Shown here piece by piece: positions 21,813 through 35,471 of a DNA stretch of 64,000 bases. The notes beneath the pieces are model-generated. The model was given only the letters and a program-made list of their open reading frames with translations, was not told the origin of the DNA and searched no databases. The first letter of the stretch is position 1. Each line of letters starts with the position of its first letter. The DNA lies in assembly GCA_964016885.1 (NCBI GenBank), contig OZ024741.1, forward strand, positions 150,040,001 to 150,104,000. The letters run 5' to 3'. The stretch comes from Eledone cirrhosa (taxonomy: Eukaryota). Position numbers and translations under genes: made by a program.

Positions 21813-22373
21813 TTTACAAACAAACCGAACATTATAATAAATGTTCGGTAAACCCATACGTACATATATATATGTGTGCATGTATGTATATATATACATA
21901 CTACTGTACATCTGTACACATATATGTATGTACGTATACATACTTATATTTAGGTATCAGCCGTACTAAGAGTGAGAAATGAAATTTCGTTTCATTTTTT
22001 CCATTTATCGTTTTCGGTCCGCCCGGCCGAATAACTCACTCGATATGCAAATTAGGCTGTTCAGCCGTTAATATTCATAAGGAAAGTATATACTTTGAAA
22101 CGTTCAATCATCTGACAGAAAGGTATACGATGCTGACGATAGCTAATAAGCTTGAAACTAGTACATCGTTCCTTTGTCAGTGTTGAACAAAAGGGCGACG
22201 ATGGTTGCCGAGCACTGTACAGCATAATTCGGGCTGTTTGTTTACAAACAAACCGAACATTATAATAAATGTTCGGTAAACCGATACGTACATATATATA
22301 TGTGTGCATGTATGTATACATACTACTGTATGTCTGTATACATATATGTATGTACGTATACATACTTATATTT
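21813..22373 (+). mobile_element. Retrozyme-like ~428-bp unit (1.3-mer) with 10-bp target-site duplication
   Basis: 21813-21951 recurs at 22241-22373; flanked by TTTCATTATT at 21805-21814 and 22371-22380; octamer at 22045; HHR at 22127. Confidence 0.8.
22127..22169 (+). ncRNA. Type I hammerhead ribozyme (family I)
   Basis: ACGATG-CTGACGA-t AGCT aata AGCT t-GAAA-CTAG-TA-CATCGT; stem I extends (CTGACA..AAGG / CCTT..TGTCAG). Confidence 0.88.
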
Positions 22374-22499
22374 CATTATTGAGTTATGTCAATGTCTACG
22401 GCTTTGTTAGGAAATATTGATATTTCGAATCATTTCCACACTACAATGGACGTTTTAACATCAACAATTCATCAGAAAATGTGTAATTCCTAGATATTT

Positions 22500-23430
22500 T
22501 GATAGTGGCAATGGTAAGGAGGAATGGCACCGATTCTTCCAAAGAGGCACACTATTCAGTGTTGTATCCATACAGTAAGCATATTTTGTTCTAAACCAGT
22601 AATTGAGCAGGGATTTAGCTTGGAAACCTTGTCTTTCGTAAATTTCCTACAGTTTTCAATTGAGTTAAAGTCAGGACTTGAACCTGGCCAAGGTGTTAGC
22701 ACTTCAATACCAGATTCTCGAAAAAATTGGTTAATCGTTTTTGCACTATGACAAGGAACATCATCTTGTTGATTTTTATCTTGCAACCATGCCTTTCCAT
22801 CCATAATGGGACCTTTTGTATGTTTGTATTTAGAGTATCTCCTGCTGGAGTTATGGTCAGTGCAGCTCGTCCATTTATGCTTATTGATTCCCAGGCCATC
22901 AATGATTGTGAATGTTTACCTGTTGGTTTGACATAACAAGAATTATAACGTAGTCCAGGTGGTCTTCTTACATGGTGAATATAAGGGGCAAATTGGCTAA
23001 TTAATGTTTCCTCACTAAACATTACTTCGCGCCATTGAGCAGAAGACTGGTGACAATAAGTGTTGCAGAATAAGAGATGGTCCTTGATACTTTTATTTGA
23101 AAGTTGGGGCTTGACAGCTGGCTTAAAAGCCCAAAGGTTAAAGTTCTTAACACAGCGTCGTCAGATGGTAGATGGCATTTTTGATTCCTGAGGAAGTTGG
23201 GTTTGGATATATGAGGTGGAAGCAGTTGGATTTGACACTGCAAGTCGGCGTATCATGTGATCTATTTGAACACTTATCTTGCGTGGTCTTCCAGGCCGCT
23301 TGTTTGGGTTAGAAGTGCCTGTTATTGCATTACGGGCAAGTGGTTTTTGAACACCATTCTTAGATACACCCAATTGTACAGATATTTGGCTTTCTTCGTG
23401 AAGAAGGATGATATTTGCACAATTTTCGTT
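22500..23430 (-). mobile_element. Degenerate Tc1/mariner transposase
   Basis: RPGRPRKIS, FSEE, HVRRPPG.RY, KHSQSLMAW, QQDDVPCHSAK, WPGSSPDFNSIEN; multiple frameshifts. Confidence 0.9.
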
Positions 23431-23437
23431 TGAAAAA

Positions 23438-23721
23438 ATTGCATTAAAATACTGATTCTGTGTGCTATATATATTGCATTAAAATACTGATTCTGTGTGC
23501 TATATATATTGCATTAAAATACTGATTCGGTGTGCTATATATATTGCATTAACATACTGATTCGGTGTGCTATATATATTGCATTAAAATACTGATTCGG
23601 TGTGCTATATATATATTGCATTAAAATACTGATTCGGTGTGCTATATATATTGCATTAAAATACTGATTCGGTGTGCTATATATATATTGCATTAAAATA
23701 CTGATTCGGTGTGCTATATAT
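23438..23721. repeat. Minisatellite, about 8 copies of 35-37 bp (TTGCATTAAAATACTGATTCGGTGTGCTATATATA)
   Basis: Head-to-tail copies without spacers. Confidence 0.9.
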
Positions 23722-24542
23722 GAAAATATAACAAATAATGTGATTGGTCGACCTATGTACAATGATTGAAAAAAGAATTAAGTGTGATGATATTTGTGTG
23801 TATACTAAGGTTACTAACAATATGACAGTTAAAATGCAGGTGATCGCTAAATCATGCACAACACTGTATATAAATAAAAGTAACAGTGATTCTCTCCTAT
23901 ATTATCAGTGACCGTGACCGTTGTGCTGTTGCGGTGGTTGTTGGGGGAACTACAGTTGCTATTGCTATTATTGTTATTCATATTAGTACGGTCAGTAGAG
24001 CACGGTGCTTACGGTAGTTGTGTTGTTCTTGTTTTGGGGAAAATCTATTTGGTAAAAGTGAAAGGAATTCTTTCTTATCCCTCTTATCTACTTTCATCCC
24101 CCCCTCCCCCGTTCTTCATCACGATGTATCATTTGCAAAATTGTATATTTTCAATATGAAATGTAAATTAAAAGAAATATTTTTGCAACGAATAGGTATA
24201 ATCTACCCTGGAATCCATGTGGACTTGGCTACTAAGAACTATGTGTTTTGGCTATGAACGTGGCACAGAGTTCGAAACAGGATCGAAATAACTGAATTCT
24301 AGTTTAGTTTTCCAAAACTAAAACTGCATCATCAGTTAACTATTTTAGTACTTATGTTAGGCTGATGATATAGGCCTTGAATACTCTTATATACACTTAT
24401 ATAGATACATTTAGTGTATGTGGGGCTTTGTATACGAATGTGCTTATGTCTGTAAATATCTATATATTGACAAACATATACAACATAAATGTATGTATTG
24501 CTGTCTATATATGTATGCGCGCGCATACACACACAGATATAT

Positions 24543-24604
<62 letters not shown>

Positions 24605-24729
24605 GTATATATATATGTATATATATGTATATATATATGTATATATATATATTTATATATACATATGTATATATATATGTATATATATATACATATATAT
24701 ATATACACATATATATATATATATATGTA

Positions 24730-24770
<41 letters not shown>

Positions 24771-25404
24771 TTCGTTTGTATCTTTACCCTTTCTAGCAGT
24801 CTCTCTCTCTGTTAGCCTCCTCCTCAACTTTCACTCACTCATTCTCTGTCACTACCTCTCCTCCTCCTCTTTCCTCCTCCTCCTTCAAGTTTGACCTGTG
24901 TGTAATTCTTTTCTCGCGCGGTCTTGACCAAGCTGGTATGGAATTTTTTTCTCTCTCTCTTTCGTCTGCGACTTCACAAAACTTACGTTTACTGAATTCG
25001 TAGAACAGACCCCTTTATCTTCTTCTTCTTCTTCTTCTTCTTCTTCTTCTTCTTCTTCTTCTTCTTCTTCTTCCTCTTCTCTCCTTTTTCTCTCTCTCTT
25101 TTTCCCCCCCCCGTCAAACTTGGGCGAAATTCTTTCCTTGCTCACATTTCAACCAGGTTTGATGGTCTTTTGTCTCTTGTTCACGATTTCACAGAGTTTA
25201 TATTCATAGAGATCTGGGACTTATCTATTTCTACTCACTTTCCGTTGCTAAAACTTTTTTGTTGTTACTCTGGCGTCCCCCTTTATTTACGTGTCCCAAC
25301 GACTTTTTTTAGCCGTTGTTCGCACCAACCCGAGGCATATGGCCCTTAAAGCGATGAAATGCCCAGGACGGTTGGAGGGTCACTGATGAAGGACTCACTT
25401 TTTC

Positions 25405-25443
<39 letters not shown>

Positions 25444-25493
25444 CATACATATATATATATACACATATACATATATATATATATATACATATA

Positions 25494-25545
<52 letters not shown>

Positions 25546-25567
25546 TATATATATATATATACATATA

Positions 25568-25615
<48 letters not shown>

Positions 25616-25637
25616 TATATATATATATATACATATA

Positions 25638-25695
<58 letters not shown>

Positions 25696-25976
25696 TATAC
25701 ATATATATATGTACATATACTTATACATATATATATACATATACATATATATATATATACATATATATATACAAATATATATATATATATATATATGTGT
25801 GTGTATATATATATATGTGTGTATATATATATATATGTGTGTGTATATATATATGTATATATATGTGTGTATATATATATATGTGTGTATATATATATAT
25901 ATGTGTATATATAAATGTATATATATATATATACACATATGTATACATATGTATATATATATATACATATGTATAC

Positions 25977-26129
<153 letters not shown>

Positions 26130-26136
26130 CATATAT

Positions 26137-26179
<43 letters not shown>

Positions 26180-26181
<2 letters not shown>

Positions 26182-27126
26182 GGTTTACATATACATAAAG
26201 TTATAGATATATATGTTGCAACCGGTCACTTTGTGGCTCTATGAAGAATTAATAAATTAAATAATCAGAGCAATATATCATAAATCATGTCCTTAGAATT
26301 ATTAGATAATATATATACCAGAGGCCACTTTCGGTTATTTGTCGGAGATTTCTTCATAAGAGCCTTTATTCTTATAGCTTGGTCTAATTGATTTTTTATA
26401 TGGTTAATTATGCTGATTGGGAGTGGAAATGGTATATATTTTATCTAATAATTCTAAGGACATGATTTATGATATATTGCTCTGATTATTTACTTTATTA
26501 ATTCTTCATAGAGCCACAAAGTGACCGGTTGCAACATATATATCTATAACTTTATGTATATGTAAACCTTTATATTTAATAATCTCCCCTTAGGTTGAGA
26601 TACAATTTGGCGATATTTGGCTGCGCTTTCTAGCAACAAGCCTACCTGCCGTAAGCCACCAATCACATTCTTTCTAACTTGACCACTGCCACATTGCGGT
26701 TCTTAGCCATTTTTGAATCTAATTTTGGCGCGATCACTTTGGAAAACTAAGTGTCTAATTTTGAGTTTGTCTCCTGATGAATCCGAACTCTGGGCATTTC
26801 CTATTAATTGGATGTCTAAAAATACGGATGAAACCATGGTAGAGATATAATTACGGTATGTACACATTTCTTCTAAGTTTGAATTTACACCTAATTGTGT
26901 ATGGTTGATGGTATATTTAGTCAGTTTCTACATGCTGTCGAAATGTTGGATAAATACTCTATTGGGGCCACCGCGAAGAGGCCACTTTCGGTTATTTGTC
27001 GGAGATTTCTTCATAAGAGCCTTTATTCTTATAGCTTGATCTAATTGATTTTCTATATGGTTAATTATGCTGATTGGGAGTGGAAATGGTATATATTTTA
27101 TCTAATAATTCTAAAGACATGATTTA

Positions 27127-27130
<4 letters not shown>
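26180..27130 (+). mobile_element. Non-coding pLTR/retrozyme-like unit (~658-bp period) with inverted 5' piece
   Basis: 26320-26470 recurs at 26978-27128; 26182-26320 is inverted relative to 26430-26568; contains the HHR at 26769. Confidence 0.75.
26769..26846 (+). ncRNA. Type I hammerhead ribozyme (family J)
   Basis: GTCTC-CTGATGA-ATCCG...(inner hairpin)...CGGAT-GAAA-CCATGG-TA-GAGAT; palindromic stem III ACCATGGT. Confidence 0.88.
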
Positions 27131-27204
<74 letters not shown>

Positions 27205-27372
27205 GTAGGAGGTGAGTTTTATTGTAGTACAATATGATGAAAACACAAATATTATTGCATGATGATGTTTGTTTTTGAAATGCGCATAATAAAATACATG
27301 GAACTCCTTTAACCATCTTTTGATCTTATATTATATATATATATATATATACATATTGATATATATATATAC

Positions 27373-27433
<61 letters not shown>

Positions 27434-27493
27434 TATATGTATAGATATGTATATATATATATATATATGTGTGTGTGTATATATATATGTGTG

Positions 27494-27565
<72 letters not shown>

Positions 27566-27652
27566 AATACACACATATATATATACACACACACATATAT
27601 ATATATATATATACATATCTATACATATATATATGTATATATATACATATGT

Positions 27653-27690
<38 letters not shown>

Positions 27691-27730
27691 GTATACACAT
27701 ATATATATATATATACATATACATATGTAT

Positions 27731-27778
<48 letters not shown>

Positions 27779-27842
27779 GTATACATATATATATATATAT
27801 ATATATACATATGTATACATATATATATATATATACATATGT

Positions 27843-27886
<44 letters not shown>

Positions 27887-27888
27887 GT

Positions 27889-28666
<778 letters not shown>

Positions 28667-28861
28667 GTATATATATATATATGTAATATATATATATATG
28701 TAACATATCAATTTCTAGTTATTATATGTATATATATATATATATGTAATATATATATATGTAATATATATATATGTATATATATATATGTAATTTATAT
28801 ATATGTAACATATATATATATGTGTATATATATGTAACATATACATATATATATATGTATA

Positions 28862-29055
28862 TAACGAAGGAATTGTGGTAAGGAACCAGATGGACCATAA
28901 CGCACCAGAGTACTCAATACTTAGGGTAGTAGAGTGGGTAATAGGAAAAAGTATGACCCCGACGACAGACCTCAAGCCGTTTCGACGGCTATTTCTGAGT
29001 CCAGAAATAGCCGTCGAAACGGCTTGACCTCTGCCGTCGGGGTCATACATTTTCC
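28862..29055. repeat. Fold-back repeat fragment; second copy at 54968-55190
   Basis: Near-perfect palindrome centred on GACGGCTATTTCTG agtc CAGAAATAGCCGTC. Confidence 0.8.
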
Positions 29056-29251
29056 TATCTATGTATATATATATATGTAATATATATATATATGTATATA
29101 TATATATGTAATATATATATATATGTATATATATATATGTAATATATATATATATATCTGTATATATATGTAATATATATATATCTGTATATATATATAT
29201 GTAATATATATATATCTGTGAGAAAAACCACAGACCCTCCATCTCAACTCA

Positions 29252-29289
29252 CCTTTTGAAAAGCAGAAGAACTGCGAAACCGGTAAAGA
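29252..29289 (+). ncRNA. Hammerhead with U3-A8 core (family C; other copies 4061-4097 -, 4173-4209 +, 54678-54714 -, 54769-54805 +)
   Basis: CTT-TTGAAAA-GCAG aagaa CTGC-GAAA-CCGG-TA-AAG, followed by AAATAAA; palindromic stem III ACCGGT. Confidence 0.78.
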
Positions 29290-29481
29290 AACCAAATAAA
29301 TATATATATTTTAAAAAAAATAAGACTTCAGTTGCATTTTCGATTTCATCTCTTTTTCTTTATATTTTCACTCGTGTAGGACACCTCGGTTATTTTTCAT
29401 TTTGTAAAAAAAAATCTCACTTTCTAATATATATATGTAATATATATATGTATATATATATGTAATATATATATATGTGTG

Positions 29482-30000
<519 letters not shown>

Positions 30001-30169
30001 CTTTGACAATAAATTAAGGTAAAAACCCAAAACGTGTGTTTTTATTGTCAACACGACCCTCCTAAAGCCCGGGAATCGAAATTGCAACCTCACGTTTTCG
30101 AATCTACGCGTCTTCACCTTAAATATAACTCCCCCCCCCCTACACACACGCACACGCACACCCACACGC

Positions 30170-30206
<37 letters not shown>

Positions 30207-30539
30207 CTTAAGCGTGTTCGTGTGACATCAGTATCTATGTATGCCTGTGTATATATACAATTTTGTTCGTGCCCCGTGTGTGGATGCGGATCTCCATAAA
30301 TCAATTTGAAAAGCTAAAGTTATTTCTGGAATTTCTTTTGTAAAAATATCATGTAATGTAATAAGGAAGATCACGTTACAGATATTTCGATATCATAATT
30401 TTAAACTTATTATCAAGATATGAAATTTATTATCTAATTTATCAGCAAAGCATTACGATCGAATAATAATTTACAATTCTAAACACGTTCGGCGTATTTA
30501 AAACGAAAAAATATTTAATAAAGTCATGTGGCGTAAATG

Positions 30540-30657
<118 letters not shown>

Positions 30658-30919
30658 ATATATATATATATAGATGCACACAGACATGCATATATATATA
30701 TATGCACACAGACATGCATATATATATACATATATTCATAGTTGCACACAAACTTACATATACAGCATACAGTAATGTGCAGAGTTTGGAACACATCTCA
30801 TTTGAGTAATTAAATAAAATCAGCGTTTCGATAGTTTGGCTTTAGAAATTAAGAAGTAGATAATAATCTTTGTGCATTTCATTGAAGTAGGAATTAAAGA
30901 ATAATTTTCTTGTTCGTTG

Positions 30920-31092
30920 GGATAAACAATAATTCTTAGTTTTGTGCCGTTGAGCTATGATGACAAGATTATCAAGGTTTCCAACTCTTGAAGCACCAAC
31001 ATAAAGCCGACCGTGTGAAAAAACAGGTTCCACCAGGTACAGTCAAAGTTCTTTCAATTATTGCCCTTGTGATTTATTAAGGGTCATGATAG
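30920..31092 (-). mobile_element. Helitron PIF1-like helicase C-terminal remnant
   Basis: MTLNKSQGQ*LKEL*LYLVEPVFSHGRLYVGASRVG matches the Helitron TINKSQGQ..PVFSHGQLYVA.SRV motif. Confidence 0.85.
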
Positions 31093-32060
31093 AGTAGCAA
31101 AACATTGATTTGATGCTATGGTGGTAGCGGAGAGTCAGGCAATATCCACACATTAAAGAACGAAGCTGTTGGTTACATACAAAAGAACCAAAGGGAGGAG
31201 ATGAAAGTGTGAGGAGCAGTATGGAAAGATCCTTAAAGCATTACGAGAGAGAAGATGGGATAAAAATTTAGAAATATATAATAAATTATGGTTCCGTTTT
31301 CAAGGAATTCTTAATATATTTGAAAAAACAATAACAAAAAAAATATATATAAAAGAGAACGTTTAACAAGCGATTTAATACAATACATATTTATTTTAAT
31401 GTTTCAAGGTTACAGACATGTCAAATCTTCTCGTCCGACGGAGAGATCTCCCACCCACTTTGGGGGTGGGTGAAAGATGTCTTCTCTTGTGAAAATGGGA
31501 ATAGTTTTCATTATATAAAATTTCCCCATTTTACCTCATTTCTCCCCGATTTGGGGCACTTTCTTTCATGGTATTCCTCATTTGGGATTTTAGAGGTTGG
31601 CAGGTCTGAGGTTAAAGCATACTTTATGTTCACTTCATAAACATATATTTGGCTTGAGCGGGATTAAAACTCATAACATACAAACAAAATCCAAACAATA
31701 AATAGTACATACAGTGCGAACTTACGATCAGCTGAGTATTAGTAAGTCGTTCTATGTAACCGAGTTAAGTGAAATGCTGCTTGTCTTATATTTATATATT
31801 ACTACAGTGACAACATTCAATCGAATTGAAAGTAGGAAGATATACATAATGAAGCTAGACATTTGCACAGCTTTCCTTTTATACACGCAAGGACCTGTAT
31901 TCGATAATTTCTTAATATATATAGAAAAAGGAAACAGTATATATTCAATTTAAAGTTTAAATAAAATTATTTTAAATCCTTCATATAGTTGCATAATAAA
32001 GAAAAAGTCGATCTCTGAGGAAGTCAAACTAATAACTTAAAGAGTGTACCTAGATAACGA

Positions 32061-32230
32061 TTTCTAATTTAGGCACAAGGCCAACCATTTTTGGGGAGGG
32101 GAAAGCCGAGTAAATCAACCCCAGTGCATTACTGGTGCTTTATTTTATCGACCCCGTAAGGATAAAAGGCAAAGCTAACCTCGGTGGTATTTGAACTCAG
32201 ATCGTAAAGGACCGTAACTCTATGCTGCAG
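32061..32230 (-). mobile_element. Nin-like SINE copy (others: 42770-42930, 42981-43029, 43788-43973, 46418-46622, 48641-48750, 48765-48868, partial 53537-53590)
   Basis: Shared GGCACAAGGCCAGCAATT...TTTATCGACCCCGTAAGGATGAAAGGCAAAG...GATTTGAACTCAG. Confidence 0.85.
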
Positions 32231-32264
32231 TATACCTAGATAATAATTTCTTTATGTTCGATTT

Positions 32265-32304
32265 GATTATGAAACTGACACACTGCCCACTGCGCTACCG
32301 AGGT
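32265..32304 (-). pseudogene. 5' half of a tRNA-Met(CAT)-like sequence
   Basis: ACCTCGGTAGCGCAGTGGGCAGTGTGTCAGTTTCATAATC resembles elongator tRNA-Met GCCTCGTTAGCGCAGTAGGTAGCGCGTCAGTCTCATAATC; T-arm absent. Confidence 0.65.
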
Positions 32305-32313
32305 GTTTTAGTG

Positions 32314-32397
32314 AATATGGAACGCTTCACGAATTTGCGAGTCATCCTTGCGCAGAGGCCATGCTAGTCTCTGTATCGTGCCAATTTTAGTATATGT
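32314..32397 (-). pseudogene. U6: U6 snRNA pseudogene lacking the 5' stem-loop
   Basis: ACATATACTAAAATTGGCACGATACAGAGA---CTAGCATGGCCTCTGCGCAAGGATGACTCGCAAATTCGTGAAGCGTTCCATATT; about 4 substitutions and a 3-nt deletion relative to canonical U6; no oligo-T terminator. Confidence 0.95.
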
Positions 32398-32428
<31 letters not shown>

Positions 32429-32781
32429 GTGATTTTATATATGTACATATATATATATATGCATGCGTGTTTGGGGTGTACGCTCCTGTATCTGTATGTC
32501 TTCTTTAGTTCCCTTAGTTCCCTTTGTTCCCCATGCATTGGGCGACTTTTGTTGTATTTGTAGCACTAAACCATATTTAATCTGTGATTGGAAAACGTGT
32601 TAACCGCAAAGGGAGGGACAAGGGCAGACGTATTTATTGTTTATTAAAACAGTCAATTCTGTATAATACATTCTAGATGAAATGTAGAAATGTATTTGCG
32701 ATACAATCTCATATAAATGGAGCTTAGGGCACATTATTTATATTAATTACAATTATAAACCGATGAAAATATTGGTTAACT

Positions 32782-32859
<78 letters not shown>

Positions 32860-32864
32860 GCATT

Positions 32865-33320
32865 CAGACACAAGTGAAAATATAAGTATAAACCTTCTGC
32901 ATTTCTAGAGTATTTTCACCAAACTTAAGGGATAGGTTACTTATGTACTCCGGATGGTCATGGGCACTTTCATTTTTCCAGATATTGATTATAGGGCATC
33001 TCGGCAGATAACCCCCTCTAACCACTTCCTTGGAGTCGACTGAAGCACTGCAGTGCAATGCAACAAAACGTCATAACTTCTGGAGTTCGCAACCGATTTG
33101 CACAAAACTTGACACATGGGCTACGTTTGTCCTACAGATGAATGTGAACGCTCAGAATTGGCACATATTGAGTAGGAGACCCCTGGGGGCAGGAACCCCC
33201 TTTTGGAAAAAGCCGATGATTTTGTAAAAGTATAGTTTTCGAAGCAGCACTGAAGTATTGACATAAATGGGATACACAACTGCTATTTAATACCCGAGCA
33301 ATGCCGGGTACCTCTGCTAG
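32865..33320 (+). mobile_element. Non-autonomous Helitron-like element
   Basis: 3' hairpin TACCCGAGCAATGCCGGGTA followed by CTAG|T at 33317-33321; 5' boundary uncertain. Confidence 0.6.
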
Positions 33321-33406
33321 TAATTCATATATATGTCGTATATATATATATATATACATTTTTACTTATGTCTGAATATATATATATAGAAAGTTAACCA
33401 ATACAT

Positions 33407-33448
<42 letters not shown>

Positions 33449-33490
33449 GTATCTATGAGTATGCATGTGTGTGTGTCTGTGTGTCTCTGC

Positions 33491-33545
<55 letters not shown>

Positions 33546-34698
33546 GTATAGACACAACCAAACATATAGAAACAGATTATGGCACTATTTCTTCTTTGAG
33601 GAATGATTAATATATTTGAAAAGAGGATGCATCGCCAAAACTTCGAAGTGAGGGCCACACACGCCTTCGTAAAATAAAAATTATACTCTGCTACTCCTGG
33701 TAGAAAACGAAAACAATTTTAAACGTTCCTTTGTCTGTTATTCTGTTATGTACATTTGAGTTAGTGTATATAACCACAAGGATATGGTCCGAACGTGGAA
33801 GAGTCGAACTCCCACTGTTATCGTCTCCATCTCTCTCGTTCTCCCCATCTTTCCGTATGCTGAGCAAGTGGGGTCTCACGTGCTGGCCTCCCCACAGCTC
33901 CGGCGGACAGAATGGAGAAGGTGTTTCCCAGGAGGATGGTAGGGGAAGCGGGATTTGAACTCAGAATGCACAGAGCCGGATCAGATATCACAAAGTATCT
34001 CATTTGACTCTTTAACAGTTCCACTAATCAACCGCCCCTTTGACTGTTAACTTATTTGAACTCAGAGTGCAGTGAACCGGAACAAATAGATTGAATCCAA
34101 CGCCCTAACGACTTAGCCAATTTCCTACTTAATATCAATTAAATATAAATATAAATAAACATTACAAAATATAAATAAATGTATTTATCCATAGGAGATT
34201 GCAAAACACAAACAGCGGACCCGAACGATTGACACAGCCAGACAACAATATAGGACATTGCTAAACATAAAAAGTGAACCTGAATAATTTACACACACAA
34301 ACGACACAATCTCGACTTTGTTAGACTCGCCATTTTGATAACAGCGAATGAGAAAATGGCAGATGTCGAATGAATTGTTTAATTAACAATTCAAGTAATC
34401 CGTCTGGAATTGATAATTATTTTACCTTTTGCATTTATGAAAATAGGAGGAAAAATAATGAGATGGTAAGTAATTTCATCAGAGTTAAAGAACAATATAA
34501 ACTACATATGTGTACCTGAATGTGTGTGTATATAGTGTGCTGCAGTAAAACAGTCTGGAGATATAAGATAAGTGGATATTTGAGAATGGGGTGTATTTGT
34601 ATGTGTATGTCGAAAGGAGGAGGGCCTGAATGGAGAACGGGGAAAAAGGTAGAAATCTCTTATGGGACACCATATGTATGTATGTAAGTATGTATGTA

Positions 34699-34785
<87 letters not shown>

Positions 34786-34864
34786 ATGTATGTATATGTA
34801 TGTATGTATATGTATGTATGTATATGTATGTATATGTATGTTTGTATGTATGTATGTATGTATG

Positions 34865-35471
34865 TCAGGTCACCAGTTGGTGCTACTGGTAACATGTATC
34901 CCAGTACAACCTGTCCCATGGTCGGGTCGTTGGCGACTAAACTGGCAACCCCACCAAGGTTTCTTGGTGAGGAGGGTGACTTTGGACATCCTGCAGGACT
35001 AAAAACAAAACCTGTCAAAGGGCAAAGGAGCTCTTAAAAGTCAATGGCCATCCAAAATCACCGGGAGAGATGACCCCTTAGCCTTTGTCAAGGCAGAATT
35101 CTAGGAGAAGGAAAACTCTGATATCACACCTGCAACCCTGATGATATCCAATGATGTTGACTTGTTCTTCTTTTTGGTAAATATCATCTTGGTTAAGAGA
35201 GTGGGACTGGCTTTGTGCAGTGCCTTTGCTCACTATAAAAACTTCACGGCACAGGCATTGCTTTATATCTGGAGATCTCTCTGCACTTGTCGTCACATGG
35301 CACCATGGGCCCAGCACTATGTGTCAATAATTGTCACATGTGTAGTGTTTGTACCGGGGTTTTCAAGTCGCTGGCCGGACTGAAAAGTCACACTCGTTCA
35401 GCGCATCGGTAGGGGTTCTCCTACATGGATATAAAGTAGTGGCCGTACTCGAAAACGAGTTGGCAGCCACC
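34865..35471 (+). mobile_element. Internally deleted RTE(BovB-like) element, copy 1
   Basis: Structured 5' UTR joined to a C-terminal Zn finger (C..C...[15 protein letters not shown]) and short 3' end, with microsatellite tail. Confidence 0.6.

Noticed and set aside
23438-23721. 35-37-bp repeats of CRISPR-like length
   Set aside because: No unique spacers, no cas genes, eukaryotic context; this is a minisatellite
24290-24340. Minus-strand CTGATGA followed by a hairpin
   Set aside because: No GAAA or stem III follows the hairpin
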